Notes: generated by a model from the sequence alone, not told the origin. DNA of 64,000 nucleotides from Candidatus Latescibacterota bacterium (GCA_965217865.1 CBDCJO010000002.1:3264001-3328000), one strand, 5' to 3'; numbered from the stretch's first letter, positions 40,881 through 52,240 are shown. Made by a program: numbers and translations.

Positions 40881-41346
40881 TTGTGGTGATTGCCGTCAGA
40901 ATACTGAAGGGCAAGCGTTCTTCGGCGAGCGTCGCCCACATTTTGCGCTGCTGGTGCCAGTGGGGGACGGCGGCGATGGGACGGACGTCCTTCTCGCAGA
41001 TCGGGTCGCGGCCCCGGAGCGTGCGGGGCAGGAATAGCAGCGTTTCCTGAATGTCGGGCGCCAGATGGAGCAGGTTCATGATCTGCGTGATCCTCGCCCG
41101 GGTCACGCAGCCGAGGCGCGCCAGGTCCGCATAGTCCCGCACGTCGCCCCGCCGGACCAGTTCCTCGAACCGTATCGCCAGGGCCGTCAGTCTCGATATG
41201 CGAGGTATATTCCCCGGCTCGACATTCCGGTCCTGATCCGTGTGGCGGCAGCCGTTGTTCCGGCCGTTTCCGGGCTGGAACGTGAAGGACACTTCCAGGG
41301 GGCCGGGTCCGGCCCGGGTCGCATCGGATGCGCGACCGCTCATCGC
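40873..41346 (-). CDS. Accessory protein typically found downstream of large serine recombinases
   Basis: PRISRLTALAIRFE..DYADLARLGCVTRARITQIMNLLHLAPDIQE. Confidence 0.75.
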   Translation of the reverse strand, partial: AMSGRASDATRAGPGPLEVSFTFQPGNGRNNGCRHTDQDRNVEPGNIPRISRLTALAIRFEELVRRGDVRDYADLARLGCVTRARITQIMNLLHLAPDIQETLLFLPRTLRGRDPICEKDVRPIAAVPHWHQQRKMWATLAEERLPFSILTAITTKE

Positions 41347-41820
41347 ATGACCTCCTGACCGTCGAGACCCGCCTTCCGGCACAGCGCCTCGATGCCGGGT
41401 GGGCGAAAGGTGACGGTTACCGTGCCGTCCCGTCCGTCGTAGCCGACCCGCTCGATGAGCAGCCGGAGTCTCCGGGCCTGCTCCCTCGGGGCCAGCGCCG
41501 TCCAGACCGGGTCGAAGACCTCCAGGGCCCGGGCCAGGTCGCTTTCATCCACGGCTTCCCGCTCAAGAGCGGGAGCCTCTTCCCGGAGAGCGGTCAGCCG
41601 CTGTTCCCGCGCTTTGGCCACCGTGGCCGCCACGGCCTGTTGGTTCATCCCGATGCCGCGGACGTGCTCCACCACCGCGGTTTCGATCTGGTGGGCGTTG
41701 AGGGACCTGCCCGGACACGACGACCGGCCCCGCTGCCGGGCACTCCGGCAGACGTAATACCGGTAGCGCTTCTCCTTCTTGAGAGTATAAGTGTGCGCCA
41801 TGCCCGTCCCGCACGGCGTG
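41340..41820 (-). pseudogene. Large serine recombinase zinc-ribbon/C-terminal fragment
   Basis: C..CGTGMAHTYT...RYRYYVC...CPGRSL. Confidence 0.8.
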
Positions 41821-41824
41821 CAGC

Positions 41825-42868
41825 TAGGGGGACAGTAATCTTACGCAGATTGGTGCCATTAATCTTTTTCATGCTCGCGCTAGTTCCGGCTGCATAGCTT
41901 TGAATCTGCCTTCTACAATTCGGCGTTCTTAGGCACTGTTCGATGAACAGGGGGTCGATGGCAGATTGGTCAAAGGAAAGTCTCATCATAGTGTCTGGAT
42001 AGGAGATATCTTTCCGGGCTTCCGAGAATACTGCCGGGAGACCGACTAGGTCGCGCGTGTTAGATCTGGACACCACAAGATCACCGCAATCAATAAGTGC
42101 GGCCTTCATGGCAGGTGACCCTTCAACAGGCTTGAGTTGCCCCGGTACGTATCCCCAGCGAGAGATCGCGCTAAGCGCCAAGACCCAGTGCCCAGTAGGA
42201 TCCGATGTCACGGGAGCGGAACAGCCATTCTGCGGAGAGCGAAGCAACAAATCGCCGAGTGACGTTGCTGTGGCATTACGGGAGTTGAGCTTCGACTCGA
42301 AAATGGCCGACTGTGCAACGCGCATTGAAGTAAGCAGCCTGAAAAGCGTTGCAGACACCTGTCCTATTGCCTGCAGCGCCTCCACAATCCGCCGCTGCTC
42401 GTCCAGCGGCGGCAGGGCGAACTCGTAGGACGCGAGACTCTTCCAGTTGGTTCGCGGTGACAGCGAACCGGCTGACGTTCCGATCGCGTGCTCGAAGAAG
42501 CCATCCGTCTGGCAGATGAACGGAAGTAGGTCCGGCAGTAGATGGTGCTCGTTCGTCGATTCGAAGACGTAAATGTCACCGCTGCAAACGCCGCCGAAGT
42601 CCGGGACGGCGACCTTGCGTTGATAGGCGCGCCGCTTTCCAAACAGCACGTGTCCGGGTCGAAAGACGCTTGTGAACGTCGTGCCGGCGGCCACGTCGCC
42701 CCAGCGTCGAATCGTCAGATCTCCAGGATCCAGGTGCTCCAGACCCACGTAGCGAGCAAAGCCGGCAGCCTCAGGATCGGGCGCCCGTGCGGCACTCAGT
42801 CGGACGACATCTCCGAACGCCACGCGCGTCCAGCCGGGCTTGAGTGTGTCGCTACCCACCCTACCCAT
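41825..42868 (-). pseudogene. hsdS: Type I specificity subunit, C-terminally truncated
   Basis: LKPGWTRVAFGDVV, LFGKRRAYQRK, PPLDEQRRIV; fused to the recombinase fragment after ITVPL. Confidence 0.85.
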
Positions 42869-44372
42869 CGGACTCACCCTCCGCGACCATGTCATCGAGC
42901 ATCTGGACCATGTCGTCCATCTGCGGCCAGAAATCGCGGCCGCTCGCTTCGAACTCGGCCCAAGCGCTCCGTAGATCGCCGCCTGGGTTGGCGTCGTCGG
43001 CTGCACCGGCAACTGGCCGAACATAGCGTGGGATCGAAAGGTTGCCGTTCTTCTGGAGGATTTCCGTCGCCGTCGCGACCTTGGCGAAGCCGGGGTCATC
43101 GGTAAACGCCTGATAGGCGGTGAGAATGCGCTGCTGATGTTCGGCCCTGAGAAAGCTCTGGGCCCGCTCCCGTGCCACGTCATGCACACCGTCGATGAAC
43201 AAAACCTTTCCCTCGCGGCCGGAGGGCTTCCGCGTTCGGCAAATCACCACGCAGGCTTCCATGGGCGAGTTATAGAAGAGGTTTGGTCCGAGGCCGAGCA
43301 CACATTCGAGGAGGTCCAACTCGACAAGCTGTCGCCGCATCGCCGCTTCTTCGTTGCGGAAGAGCACACCATGCGGGAAGAGAATTGCGCAGCGGCCGGT
43401 CTGTGGGTTGAGGCTCGTGAGGATGTGCTGGAAGAAGGCGTAGTCGGCTCGGCCCTGAGGCGGTGTCCCGAGGAAGTTGCGGCCCCAGGGGTCGTGCTGC
43501 CACGCCTCGCGGTTCCACTTCTTGATCGAGTACGGCGGATTGGCGAGGACCACGTCGAAGGTCCGCAAGTGGTCGCGGTCGATGAATGCTGGCTGGCTCA
43601 ACGTGTTGCCCGCGACGATCTCGAAGTCTTCCACGCCGTGCAGGACCAAGTTCATCCGGGCAATGGCGGCCGTGATGTGGATCCGCTCCTGGCCGTATAG
43701 CCCCAGCGTACGCACGTCACCGCCTCTGCGCTTAACCTCGGCCAGCGACGAGATGAGCATGCCGGCCGTGCCGGCCGTTGGGTCGTAGATGCGATCGCCC
43801 GGTTGCGGCTCGAGTACCTGCGTCATGAGATGGACCAGGGTGCGGTTGGTGTAAAACTCCTGCGCGGTGTGGCCGCTGTCGTCGGCGAACTGCTTGATGA
43901 GGTACTCGTAGCCGTTGCCCAGCTCGTCCTCTGGGACCTTGGCCAAGCTCAAGGTGTGCTGCGAAAAGTGCTCGATGAGATTCTTCAGCGTCTCGTCGGG
44001 AATCTGCGCCTTGTCTGTCCACGAGGCATTCCCGAAGACGCCATTCAGGCGCTCCGGGTTGGCCGCCTCAATGGCGCGGAAGGCATCGAGCAGTGCCCGG
44101 CCCACGTCGCGAGACGCACTGCGGACATCGGACCAGTGTGCGCCGTCGGGGATCACGAAACGGTCATCGGCAGTGGCCCGGGCGTTACCAGTCTCGTCGC
44201 GCGCACGCTGGTACTCCTCGTTCCACACGTCCGACAGGCGTTTGAAGAAGAGCAACGGGAAGACGTACTGCTTGTAGTCGCCGGCATCGATCAGGCCCCG
44301 CAGGAGCTTCGCGGCGCCCCAGAGGTAGGACTCAAGGTCCTGCTGGCTCATGTGTTCAGCGGACGTACTCAT
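42861..44372 (-). CDS. hsdM: Type I MTase subunit with NPPY motif (m4C-type family)
   Basis: EFYTNRT, DPTAGTAGML, ANPPY. Confidence 0.9.
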   Translation of the reverse strand: MSTSAEHMSQQDLESYLWGAAKLLRGLIDAGDYKQYVFPLLFFKRLSDVWNEEYQRARDETGNARATADDRFVIPDGAHWSDVRSASRDVGRALLDAFRAIEAANPERLNGVFGNASWTDKAQIPDETLKNLIEHFSQHTLSLAKVPEDELGNGYEYLIKQFADDSGHTAQEFYTNRTLVHLMTQVLEPQPGDRIYDPTAGTAGMLISSLAEVKRRGGDVRTLGLYGQERIHITAAIARMNLVLHGVEDFEIVAGNTLSQPAFIDRDHLRTFDVVLANPPYSIKKWNREAWQHDPWGRNFLGTPPQGRADYAFFQHILTSLNPQTGRCAILFPHGVLFRNEEAAMRRQLVELDLLECVLGLGPNLFYNSPMEACVVICRTRKPSGREGKVLFIDGVHDVARERAQSFLRAEHQQRILTAYQAFTDDPGFAKVATATEILQKNGNLSIPRYVRPVAGAADDANPGGDLRSAWAEFEASGRDFWPQMDDMVQMLDDMVAEGESDG

Positions 44373-45889
44373 GCGAGCCAGCCTCCGTCGGTCAGGACCT
44401 CATGCAGGTGATCCTCGGCCGCTCGGCATTCAGAGAGCGCCTGCTTGAAGGCCGCGATCGCCTCGGACAACGGCGGGATCTTCTCCCCGATGGGCGGCAG
44501 CACGTAACGCGAGATATTGAGCGTCCAGTCTTCGGCCGTGATCTCACGCAGGCTGACGACCTTGGCGCGATCCGCTACATCCTTGAAAGCGTGCACCCAG
44601 GCAACGATGTGTTCGCGGTGCTCGGGATCGAGAAAGTTCTGGGCTCGACCTTTCCGGAACATGGTCGAAGCGTCCACTATCAGCACCTGTCCCTTCCGGC
44701 TGGCAGGCTTCGCCCGACGGAGAACGACAATCGCGGGCGCGAGCCCGGTGCCATAGAAGATGTTCGGGCCCAACCCAATGACTGCTTCGATGAGATCGCG
44801 CTCCAAGAGGTGCTGCCGAATGGCGCCCTCGGCACCCTTGCGGAAGAGCGCGCCCTGCGGAAGCACAACCGCCATGCGGCCCGTGCCTGCCGCCATTGAC
44901 GCGACCATGTGCTGAACCCAGGCAAAGTCGCCGTAGTTGTCCGGCGGGAGGCCGAAGTCGGCCCGGCCCCACGGGTCAGCCTCCCACACCTCGCGTCCCC
45001 ACTCTTTGAGCGAGAAGGGTGGATTGGCGATCACGCAGTCGAAGGTTGCGAGGCCGCCCGTGCTTGAGTCGGTGAACGCTGGGCTCCGGAGCGTGTCTTC
45101 ACGCACGATCTGGACGTCCTCAATGCCGTGGAGTACGAGGTTCATGCGGGCGATCGACGAGGTCGTGAGGTTCTTCTCCTGGCCGTAGATTTTGCCGAGA
45201 AAGGTACGCGGGTCACCGCCAGCGCGCTGCACGTGCTCGATCGCCCCGAGCAGCATTCCGCCTGTGCCGCAGGCCGGGTCGTAGATGCTCTCGCCCTCCT
45301 TGGGATCGAGGAGATCGACCATCAGGCGAACCACGCTTCTCGGCGTGTAGAACTCGCCGGCCTTCTTGCGCTTGGTGATGTCGGCGAACTTCCCGATAAG
45401 GTATTCATAGGCGTCGCCCAGGATGTCCGAGCTGGCGACCCTGTTACCGAGCGTGACCTCCGAGATCCCTTCGATCAGGTCTTTGAGGATCTCGTCAGTG
45501 AGCATCTCGCGGTTGCCCCAGTCGGCGGCCCCGAAGACGCGGTAGAGCGTGTCGGGATTGGTGCGCTCGATGGTGCGCATGGCGCGCGAGAGCGCCGCGC
45601 CGACGTTAGTCGAAGTCTCACGGATATCTTGCCAGTGGCAACCCTCTGGGACACGGAAACGGTGCACTTCAGGGAAGTCCACCGCGACGGCATCTCCGTA
45701 CACCAACGTGGCCTCCGCCGCCTCCTCGTCCCACACGTCGCAGATCCGCTTGAAGAAGAGCAGCGGCAGGATGTACGCCTTCCAGTCCGTCCGATCGACG
45801 GCACTGCCGCGCAGGATCTCGGCGCAATCCCAGAGACGAGACTTGAGGTCTTGAAGGCCCAGAGCCATATCGTCAGCAGACACTGCCAT
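44369..45889 (-). CDS. hsdM: Type I MTase subunit with NPPF motif (m6A-type family)
   Basis: GEFYTPR, DPACGTGGML, ANPPF. Confidence 0.92.
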   Translation of the reverse strand: MAVSADDMALGLQDLKSRLWDCAEILRGSAVDRTDWKAYILPLLFFKRICDVWDEEAAEATLVYGDAVAVDFPEVHRFRVPEGCHWQDIRETSTNVGAALSRAMRTIERTNPDTLYRVFGAADWGNREMLTDEILKDLIEGISEVTLGNRVASSDILGDAYEYLIGKFADITKRKKAGEFYTPRSVVRLMVDLLDPKEGESIYDPACGTGGMLLGAIEHVQRAGGDPRTFLGKIYGQEKNLTTSSIARMNLVLHGIEDVQIVREDTLRSPAFTDSSTGGLATFDCVIANPPFSLKEWGREVWEADPWGRADFGLPPDNYGDFAWVQHMVASMAAGTGRMAVVLPQGALFRKGAEGAIRQHLLERDLIEAVIGLGPNIFYGTGLAPAIVVLRRAKPASRKGQVLIVDASTMFRKGRAQNFLDPEHREHIVAWVHAFKDVADRAKVVSLREITAEDWTLNISRYVLPPIGEKIPPLSEAIAAFKQALSECRAAEDHLHEVLTDGGWLA

Positions 45890-46211
45890 GCCGCGCCGTG
45901 ATTGTCTCGCCTGTGGGTTCGCCGATCACAACGGTGGATTGCGTCATGAGGCTGCCGCTGTCAGGGACGAGGTGATCGGCTTCCGCGCCCAGTTCACCGG
46001 TAGAGCGCGGCGATTCGTTGCCAGAACAGCGGTGACGGCCTGCGTTTCCGCGCCTCCCATTGGTAGACAACGGCTCAGGAAAGGGCAGATTAGCTTGTTA
46101 GCTGACCTTGATTGAGCGGGGTGATAGCCGGTATCGAGGGATGCAGGATCAAGACCGGGAAGACCCGAAGAAAAAGGGCCGCCAGGCCGGGCCGCCTCGG
46201 TCCGGGTTTCC

Positions 46212-47003
46212 TTAGATGGGGGGTAGCGTTTCGATGTTCACGATCCAGCGAGAGGGAATAGCTTCACAGAATCCCATACCACAGTCGAGTTGGAGGGTTC
46301 CACAGTCGAACTCCGGGTGTGCCAGGGTGTAGCTCCAAGCCTTGAGGAAGTCTTCGACAAGGTTGGGCAGTTGGTCTCTTTCAAGCCGGGCAGCGATGGA
46401 AAGGTACCGATTGGCTCTATTCAACGCGACGGGTCCGGGTACGGCGACCTGGATGATCCTTGCTTTGCCATCCTCTCTAAGGAGTTCCGTTCCTTCGTCA
46501 CCGAGAAGCGCGTATGCCACGTGTTGGTCGAATTCGGACCCATGAGCCAGGTAGTGATTGAAGCCGTGAAGCAGTCCGCAACGGGAGAGCGTCAGAGAAA
46601 CTTGCCCCTCTCGGTGCCCGGCTTTGTTGCCCTCTCCATACTTGAGCAAGGCCGCATCGAGCGCCTCTTCGTTCCATCGCCGATGGCATAAAAGCGCTCT
46701 GACAAGGCGCTCTCGCCGAGCTGGTGCTTCCAAAGGCAGCAGGCCGATGGATCGAATCGAATCAACCTCCAAATCGATCAAGCGAGATCCGTGATAACCC
46801 GCGACCGTCGTCGTTCGAATCCACTCAAGCGTTGCTTTGATGATCTTCTCCCGGTTCGTGCAGGAAAAAAGCAGATCAAGCGCGTCTTCGACAAACTCGG
46901 GCTTTTCCGCGAGAAGTTTCTCCCGGGCCGCATTCGGCAAGAGAGACCCAACTGCTTTCGTGAGGAGCGGACCCCAGATGCAGTTGTTGTCGAAATCCAC
47001 CAT
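46212..47003 (-). CDS. Hypothetical protein, possible ADP-ribosyltransferase-like fold
   Basis: GGGAG RBS; GYHGSR...IRSIGLLP; C-terminal AIPSRWI. Confidence 0.6.
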   Translation of the reverse strand: MVDFDNNCIWGPLLTKAVGSLLPNAAREKLLAEKPEFVEDALDLLFSCTNREKIIKATLEWIRTTTVAGYHGSRLIDLEVDSIRSIGLLPLEAPARRERLVRALLCHRRWNEEALDAALLKYGEGNKAGHREGQVSLTLSRCGLLHGFNHYLAHGSEFDQHVAYALLGDEGTELLREDGKARIIQVAVPGPVALNRANRYLSIAARLERDQLPNLVEDFLKAWSYTLAHPEFDCGTLQLDCGMGFCEAIPSRWIVNIETLPPI

Positions 47004-47094
47004 GACTTTCTCCCATAGCTAATCTCCTCTCCTGGCGCGCAAAGGCCGCTGACGGGCCGCTGAGAGGCAGGGAAGGGGGAGCCTAGCTTTGTTA

Positions 47095-47752
47095 GAGCGG
47101 CGCAAGAAATCGACTTCGCAACGTCAAGAATGCAAATAGGTGACCTATAGTGAGTTCGTCCCGAAAAACTAACCAGGAACCGTAAGCGACCGTAGCTACA
47201 TAACTGAAGGCATTGTTGAGGGCCATCGCTGAACTGTGTATTCCTGTCCATGTGTCTCGCACAACCGACAACGATTTCACCTTTTCCAAGGATTTTATGA
47301 TAGATGATAAAACCTTCTTATCGTATGCAACCTTTTTTAGGTAGGACAGATTTTCAATGCCACTTACTGCTTGATTGTTTGCATTCGAAACGGCCTCTCT
47401 TGCTGCCGAGTCGCTATTGAAAAGGACGTGTCTAAATCCCCGCGTAGCCAACGCCATAACTGGGACAATTGCGAACCCCACTACCAGCAATTTCCATTGG
47501 ATCCAGCCAATATAGATAATTGCTGACACAAAGCTAAGGAAATTATTCATCGCAACGTTTAGGATCGTCAACAAGAATCCCTGTATGCGTTGCACATCAC
47601 TGTCCAGTCGTGTAAAAACATCTTCTGTACCTAGCGAGTGTAATGCTTCTGAGTCTAAGTCGGATATTCGTTCTAGCACCGCTATTTTAACCGCCAGTGT
47701 CAGCCGGTGAGAGATCACCGACGCAAGGTAATTATGTGCTGAATTGCTCACG
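47095..47752 (-). pseudogene. ABC transporter transmembrane-domain fragment (low GC)
   Basis: TRLDSDV, hydrophobic helices, GSWLVFRDELTIGHLFAF; lacks native start and NBD. Confidence 0.75.
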
Positions 47753-47756
47753 GTCA

Positions 47757-48128
47757 GGAGACGCACTTGCGCAGGCCCGGCTATTCCTTTGTGGTGATTG
47801 CCGTCAGAATACTGCAGGGCAAGCGTTCTTCGGCGAGCGTGGCCCACATTTTGCGCTGGCGGGGCCAGTGGGGGACGGCGGCGATGGGACGGACGTCCTT
47901 CTCGAAAACCGGATCGCGGCCCCGGAGCGTGGGCGGCAGGAACAGCAGCGCTTCCTGAATGTCGGGCGCCAGGTGGAGCAGGTTCATGATCTGCGTGATC
48001 CTCGCCCGGGTCACGCAGCCGAGGCGCGCCAGGTCCGCATAGTCCCGCACGTTGCCCCGCCGGACCAGCCCCTCGAACCGTATCGCCAGGGCCGTCAGTC
48101 TCGATATGCGAGGTATATTCCCCGGCTC
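47757..48128 (-). repeat. Copy of the IS256-scrap/recombinase-accessory composite at 40850-41220
   Basis: Near-identical DNA, including the junction GGCTATTCCTTTGTGGTGATTGCCGTCAG. Confidence 0.85.
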
Positions 48129-48486
48129 CCCATATGATCCTCTCCCCGGAACCATTCTCTGTTCGTCAGACGTAACATGCTGTATTGAAAGGACCGATGC
48201 CGATCCAACGCTTGCTGAGCCTCTTGAAGAATGGTACACATGAAGAGGTGGTACACGTGTCGCTTCTAATGAGGCCGCGATCGTTAGATCGCGGAAATAC
48301 CTCACCAGGAGAGCATCTAATGTATTTTCAACGATCTGTCCGGACAAATGCGAGCGGCGACCTCCCAAACACCGGAATCCGGGTCATTCATCTATTCCTC
48401 CTGCGTCCAACCGACTGTAAACATTGCCTGTTCAACCGACGCGAGCGCCCCCGGAATTTTCCGCGCCGCCTCGCCGTTCGCAACGC

Positions 48487-48900
48487 TCAACGCGTTACAA
48501 AAACCGGGTATTTGCCTAACTCGCCCTGGAGCGTTTTGGCGAGCAGACGGGCCTGAATTTCGAGTAATCGCCGATAACTGACACGATAGTCGAAGAGAGG
48601 ATGCGTAACGAGCGTGTCCATCCGGGCCTCATACGCGCGGAAGAACCCTTTCGCCCCGCAACCGTCAACAAGTCACGCTCGGAGACCATCTTCGTGTTCA
48701 CCGCGCTCAGCACGGCCGAATCCGCGATCAGGGGCCGTAGCGGCTCCATCAGGTCCAGCGCCAGCGCCGGCCGGCTATGACGCGGCTGGTGATAGAAACC
48801 GATCATCGGATCAAAGCCGACGGCGTAGCAGGCGACGGTCAGATCCTTCGCCAGGAGCTATAGCCGAGCGACAACAGGGCATTGACGGGGTCACGGCGGC
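48487..48900 (-). pseudogene. cas1: Cas1 C-terminal fragment with frameshifts (type I-G Cas4/1-like)
   Basis: DPVNALLSLGYS, GFDPMIGFYHQPR..RPALALDLMEPLRP, HPLFDYRVSYRRLLEIQARLL...FVTR-stop. Confidence 0.85.
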
Positions 48901-48903
48901 GGT

Positions 48904-49681
48904 CCCCATATGATCCTCTCCCCGGAACCATTCTCTGTTCGTCAGTCGTAACCTGCTGTAATGAAAGGATCTGTCCTAATTACGCCCGCGCCGCAGACGC
49001 GGAAGACAGCGTCAAGACGACTTCCGCCCTTCAGGTTAAAACAGCCACTTCTCCGACATGGGATCAGGATATCCGGGTCATCGTTACCCGCGCTGTTCAC
49101 CTTGGTGCTGACGGCGCGCCTTTCGTAGGGGCCAACACAGGCTTCACGCATCAACTCGAGAAGCCGTGGTGAGGTCGTTGTCCACGTTCTGGACCGCCTC
49201 ACGCTGTCGGAAGCTGTGGCGGAGGAACCGTTTAACCTGAAGAAATTCTACATAGTGCGGCGCAAATCTCAAATCCCCTCTTCCCACACCCGCCAAATCG
49301 CCACTCTTATCTTCCCCTCCATCCGCTCGTAGCTTCTGATCGCTCGGATCTGAAGCCTCCCTGGTTGACAGCTTCCGGCCAAACGGCTATATTACTCGAT
49401 TGTCTGACTGCCCCTAATCGTCTTGGCTCCCAGTCTCGCGCACCCCCGGAATGCAGTGAGGGGCAAGACCACGCTCGTCGAAACCGTGGCGGGCGCGTGG
49501 GGAGCAGGAAGCCACGCCCTTCCGGGGGGCATATCGGGTTCTCAAATATGAACAGGGAACAGAAGCAGAGTATGAAGCTGGAAGATCTCCAGGCCAATGC
49601 TGCGGTGCATGGCATCCTATCCGACTCCCTCGTCACGGTGGTCAGCGTGCAGTGGTTCGGCTCCGAAGCGCTTGAGTTGAC
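48904..49681 (+). repeat. About 780-bp direct repeat, copy 2, including the SNF2 helicase stub (49572 to about 49700)
   Basis: Matches 3982-4768. Confidence 0.9.
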
Positions 49682-50134
49682 GTACAAGACACCGACTGGA
49701 AATTACGCTCTCAACAATGCACCTCCTTATCGATCAAACCCGCATTCGGGAATACCGGTCACAGTGAAGGGAGGGCTTGGAAGGCAAGATGGCGACGCTT
49801 CACGCCGCGCGGCCAGTGCTTGGTGCAACCACGTTTGACGTGTATCTCGTATCGCGAATGCGATATTCTTGGCCGCCCGCTCACGCCGGAGGAAGTCCAG
49901 CATTTCACGGATACTGCGAGAAGGATTGGGACGCTACTATCTGGATCAACTTTGGCTACTGATGAGGGACGGGTATAATTTCGTTGCGTGCGACGGCGAT
50001 TGCGCATCTGAGCCCACTGCCTTTGGTGCGGATCTTCGGGCGGCTTGCATGTCTCGGACGCCGGATGGCCATGAACCAAACCTGCTATGGCATACGAGGC
50101 ACCAGCGGGTATCAGGAGTTCTTCATATATTGGC

Positions 50135-50345
50135 TCGTCGTCAGCATACGTATGAAGTACTCAGGCAGCTCGGCCGGGTAGCGGGCCGGGTGCGGCTTGA
50201 AGCCCTTTTCCTCGCAGTAGCGCAGATAGAAGCTGTTGCTCTCGGTGTTCGGGATCGCAATGAGATTGGGCGGGATGGCCGCACCGTTGTCGATGCTGAA
50301 CTTCTTGCTGATGTTGTGACCGGATGGGCGCTTCTTCGAGGAATA
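50135..50345 (-). pseudogene. N4/N6 DNA methyltransferase fragment (PvuII-like)
   Basis: RPSGHNIS...IPPNLIAIPNTESNS...HPARYPAELPEYFIRMLT. Confidence 0.75.
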
Positions 50346-50541
50346 CGCGGCGATCATGCAATATGATGGCGGAATGACTCGTGAGGAAGCCGAAACTCAA
50401 GCTCGTGAGGCGAAGATGCTTGATGATCTCCTGAACCTCCCCCCGTTCGACCTGAAGGACCTCCCCGAACCTGCGCTTGATGATCTCCTGAAGGACCTCC
50501 TCATCCTGCCGGAACTCCCTGAACTCCCCCCATTCGTGTGA
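50335..50541 (+). pseudogene. Mobile-element protein fragment
   Basis: FEEYAAIMQYDGGMTREEAE motif; Leu/Pro/Asp-rich repetitive tail. Confidence 0.5.
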
Positions 50542-51001
50542 CTGTCGCACTCCACTGTTGCAACTCCACTGTCCCGCTCCACTATCCCATATACCCCCCC
50601 ACGGTCGCTTTTCTGAAGGTTCCGCATCTTTGCCCGGATTCCTGAATAAAGTCGCACACGGGGAGAATCCGATGCCCTGTGGGCGATTCCGGGGCAAGGG
50701 GGCCATCTCGTTTAAGGATCCCAGCCCATGAGGGGTCGCGGCTCCGCCGGCGGAAACCACATGGGGCCTCCTTCCAAGAAAAAGTGGAGGCAAAAACGTT
50801 GCGCGGGGCTATCCGGTCGGCGGATTCGGAAACTCCGGCCCTGGACGAGGGGTTGATTACAGTGGCGACCGCCTCTGATCTTTCAGGTCCTTCTCCGGGA
50901 AACAGATCGCCAGGTTTTGAGGGCGCAGGGTGGCTCATGGCGATTGAGGGATGACAACTTGTGGAATTTGATTCCGTTGGGAGATTTCTGGCGTGGGTCA
51001 G

Positions 51002-51240
51002 TGGCGAGACAGTGGCTCGAGACACCTCGAGACAGCGTTGAGGGCACAGATCCGGCCCGTGGGCGACTTTCTTTCTGAATCCGGGAAAAGGGGGGACGCG
51101 ACCTCCACAAAACGGGCGGCACGGCACAGACGGCACGTGGGCGAAGTGAGAAGGTCCCGGTCCCGTGGATTTGCGGCCCGGGACCTCACTCGTGATCGGG
51201 GTCGAGCATCTCGAGAGCCCGAGCTTCGGCTTCCTCGCGA
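51002..51240 (+). repeat. About 240-bp duplication (second copy 51729-51966) with internal CGAGACA repeats
   Basis: Direct sequence match. Confidence 0.88.
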
Positions 51241-52087
51241 GTCATTCCACCCTCATGCTCCATGATCCCCGCGTGATGTCAAGCTCTCGACGTAAACAGC
51301 GGTTCTCCTCCTCCAAAGGCTTCTGGTGACCTGTACCTGGGAACGCATCGATCGGATCTGCCTCCAGCAGAGAAGCGGTAGGAGTAGCCGATATCAGCGA
51401 CAAGACGGATCACCAGGTGGAGCGGGATTTGGGGCTGTACCAGGCGCGCTTGGGCACTGGCGAGCAGACAGAGCCGAAGGCCGATGCTGTGCACGATTTT
51501 GCGGCTATAGTGCCGCCTCAAGAGCGGGTCGTTCCCGGGTCTGGAAGCTTTTCAGACGAGAAAGCCAGGCGTAAAAACCGCTCGACAATATTCCTAAGAT
51601 CTGCCATCCTCTCCACTGGAAACTTAGTGCGGCCCTTCATAAATCGGTATTTGTCTTCGGTGTCTTCGAGAAGATGGTGTCTACTTTTTGGAATGCTTCG
51701 CGCCTGCCTGGTATCGGCAAGAATTTAATGGCGAGACAGTGGCTCGAGACACCTCGAGGCAGCGTTGAGGGCACAGATCCGGCCCGTGTGCGACTTTCTT
51801 TCTGAATCCGGGAAAAGGGGGACGCGACCTCCACAAAACGGGCGGCACGGCACAGACGGCACGTGGGCGAAGTGAGAAGGTCCCGGTCCCGTGGATTTGC
51901 GGCCCGGGACCTCACTCGTGATCGGGGTCGAGCATCTCGAGAGCCCGAGCTTCGGCTTCCTCGCGAGACCCCGGAAGGTTGCCCCACGGGGTCTTGCGTT
52001 AACGGACGACCGCCGAAGTTGGCGGATTGGAATATGGCTCCCCATCTGCACCCTTTTCCTAACCGCTCACCGTCACGCCAGAGAGAG

Positions 52088-52240
52088 AATCCCTTGTATT
52101 TGAGGGACTTGGGTAACAAGGACGCCTGCAAGGGTGGGGAATCCACCAGGCGACCTTTTATCGCTGGCTCCGAATTGGTAAGATGGCGAAGTCCGGGAAG
52201 TTTCGAGAGTTTTGCCAGTCATTGAAAAAGGCCGGGAGGT
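52088..52240 (+). pseudogene. Terminase-like HTH remnant
   Basis: NKDACK...TFYRWLRIGKMAKSGKFREFCQSLKKA. Confidence 0.6.

Noticed and set aside
41645-43189. 514-aa hsdS with long extensions
   Set aside because: The true start is about 42868 and the tail is out-of-frame recombinase sequence
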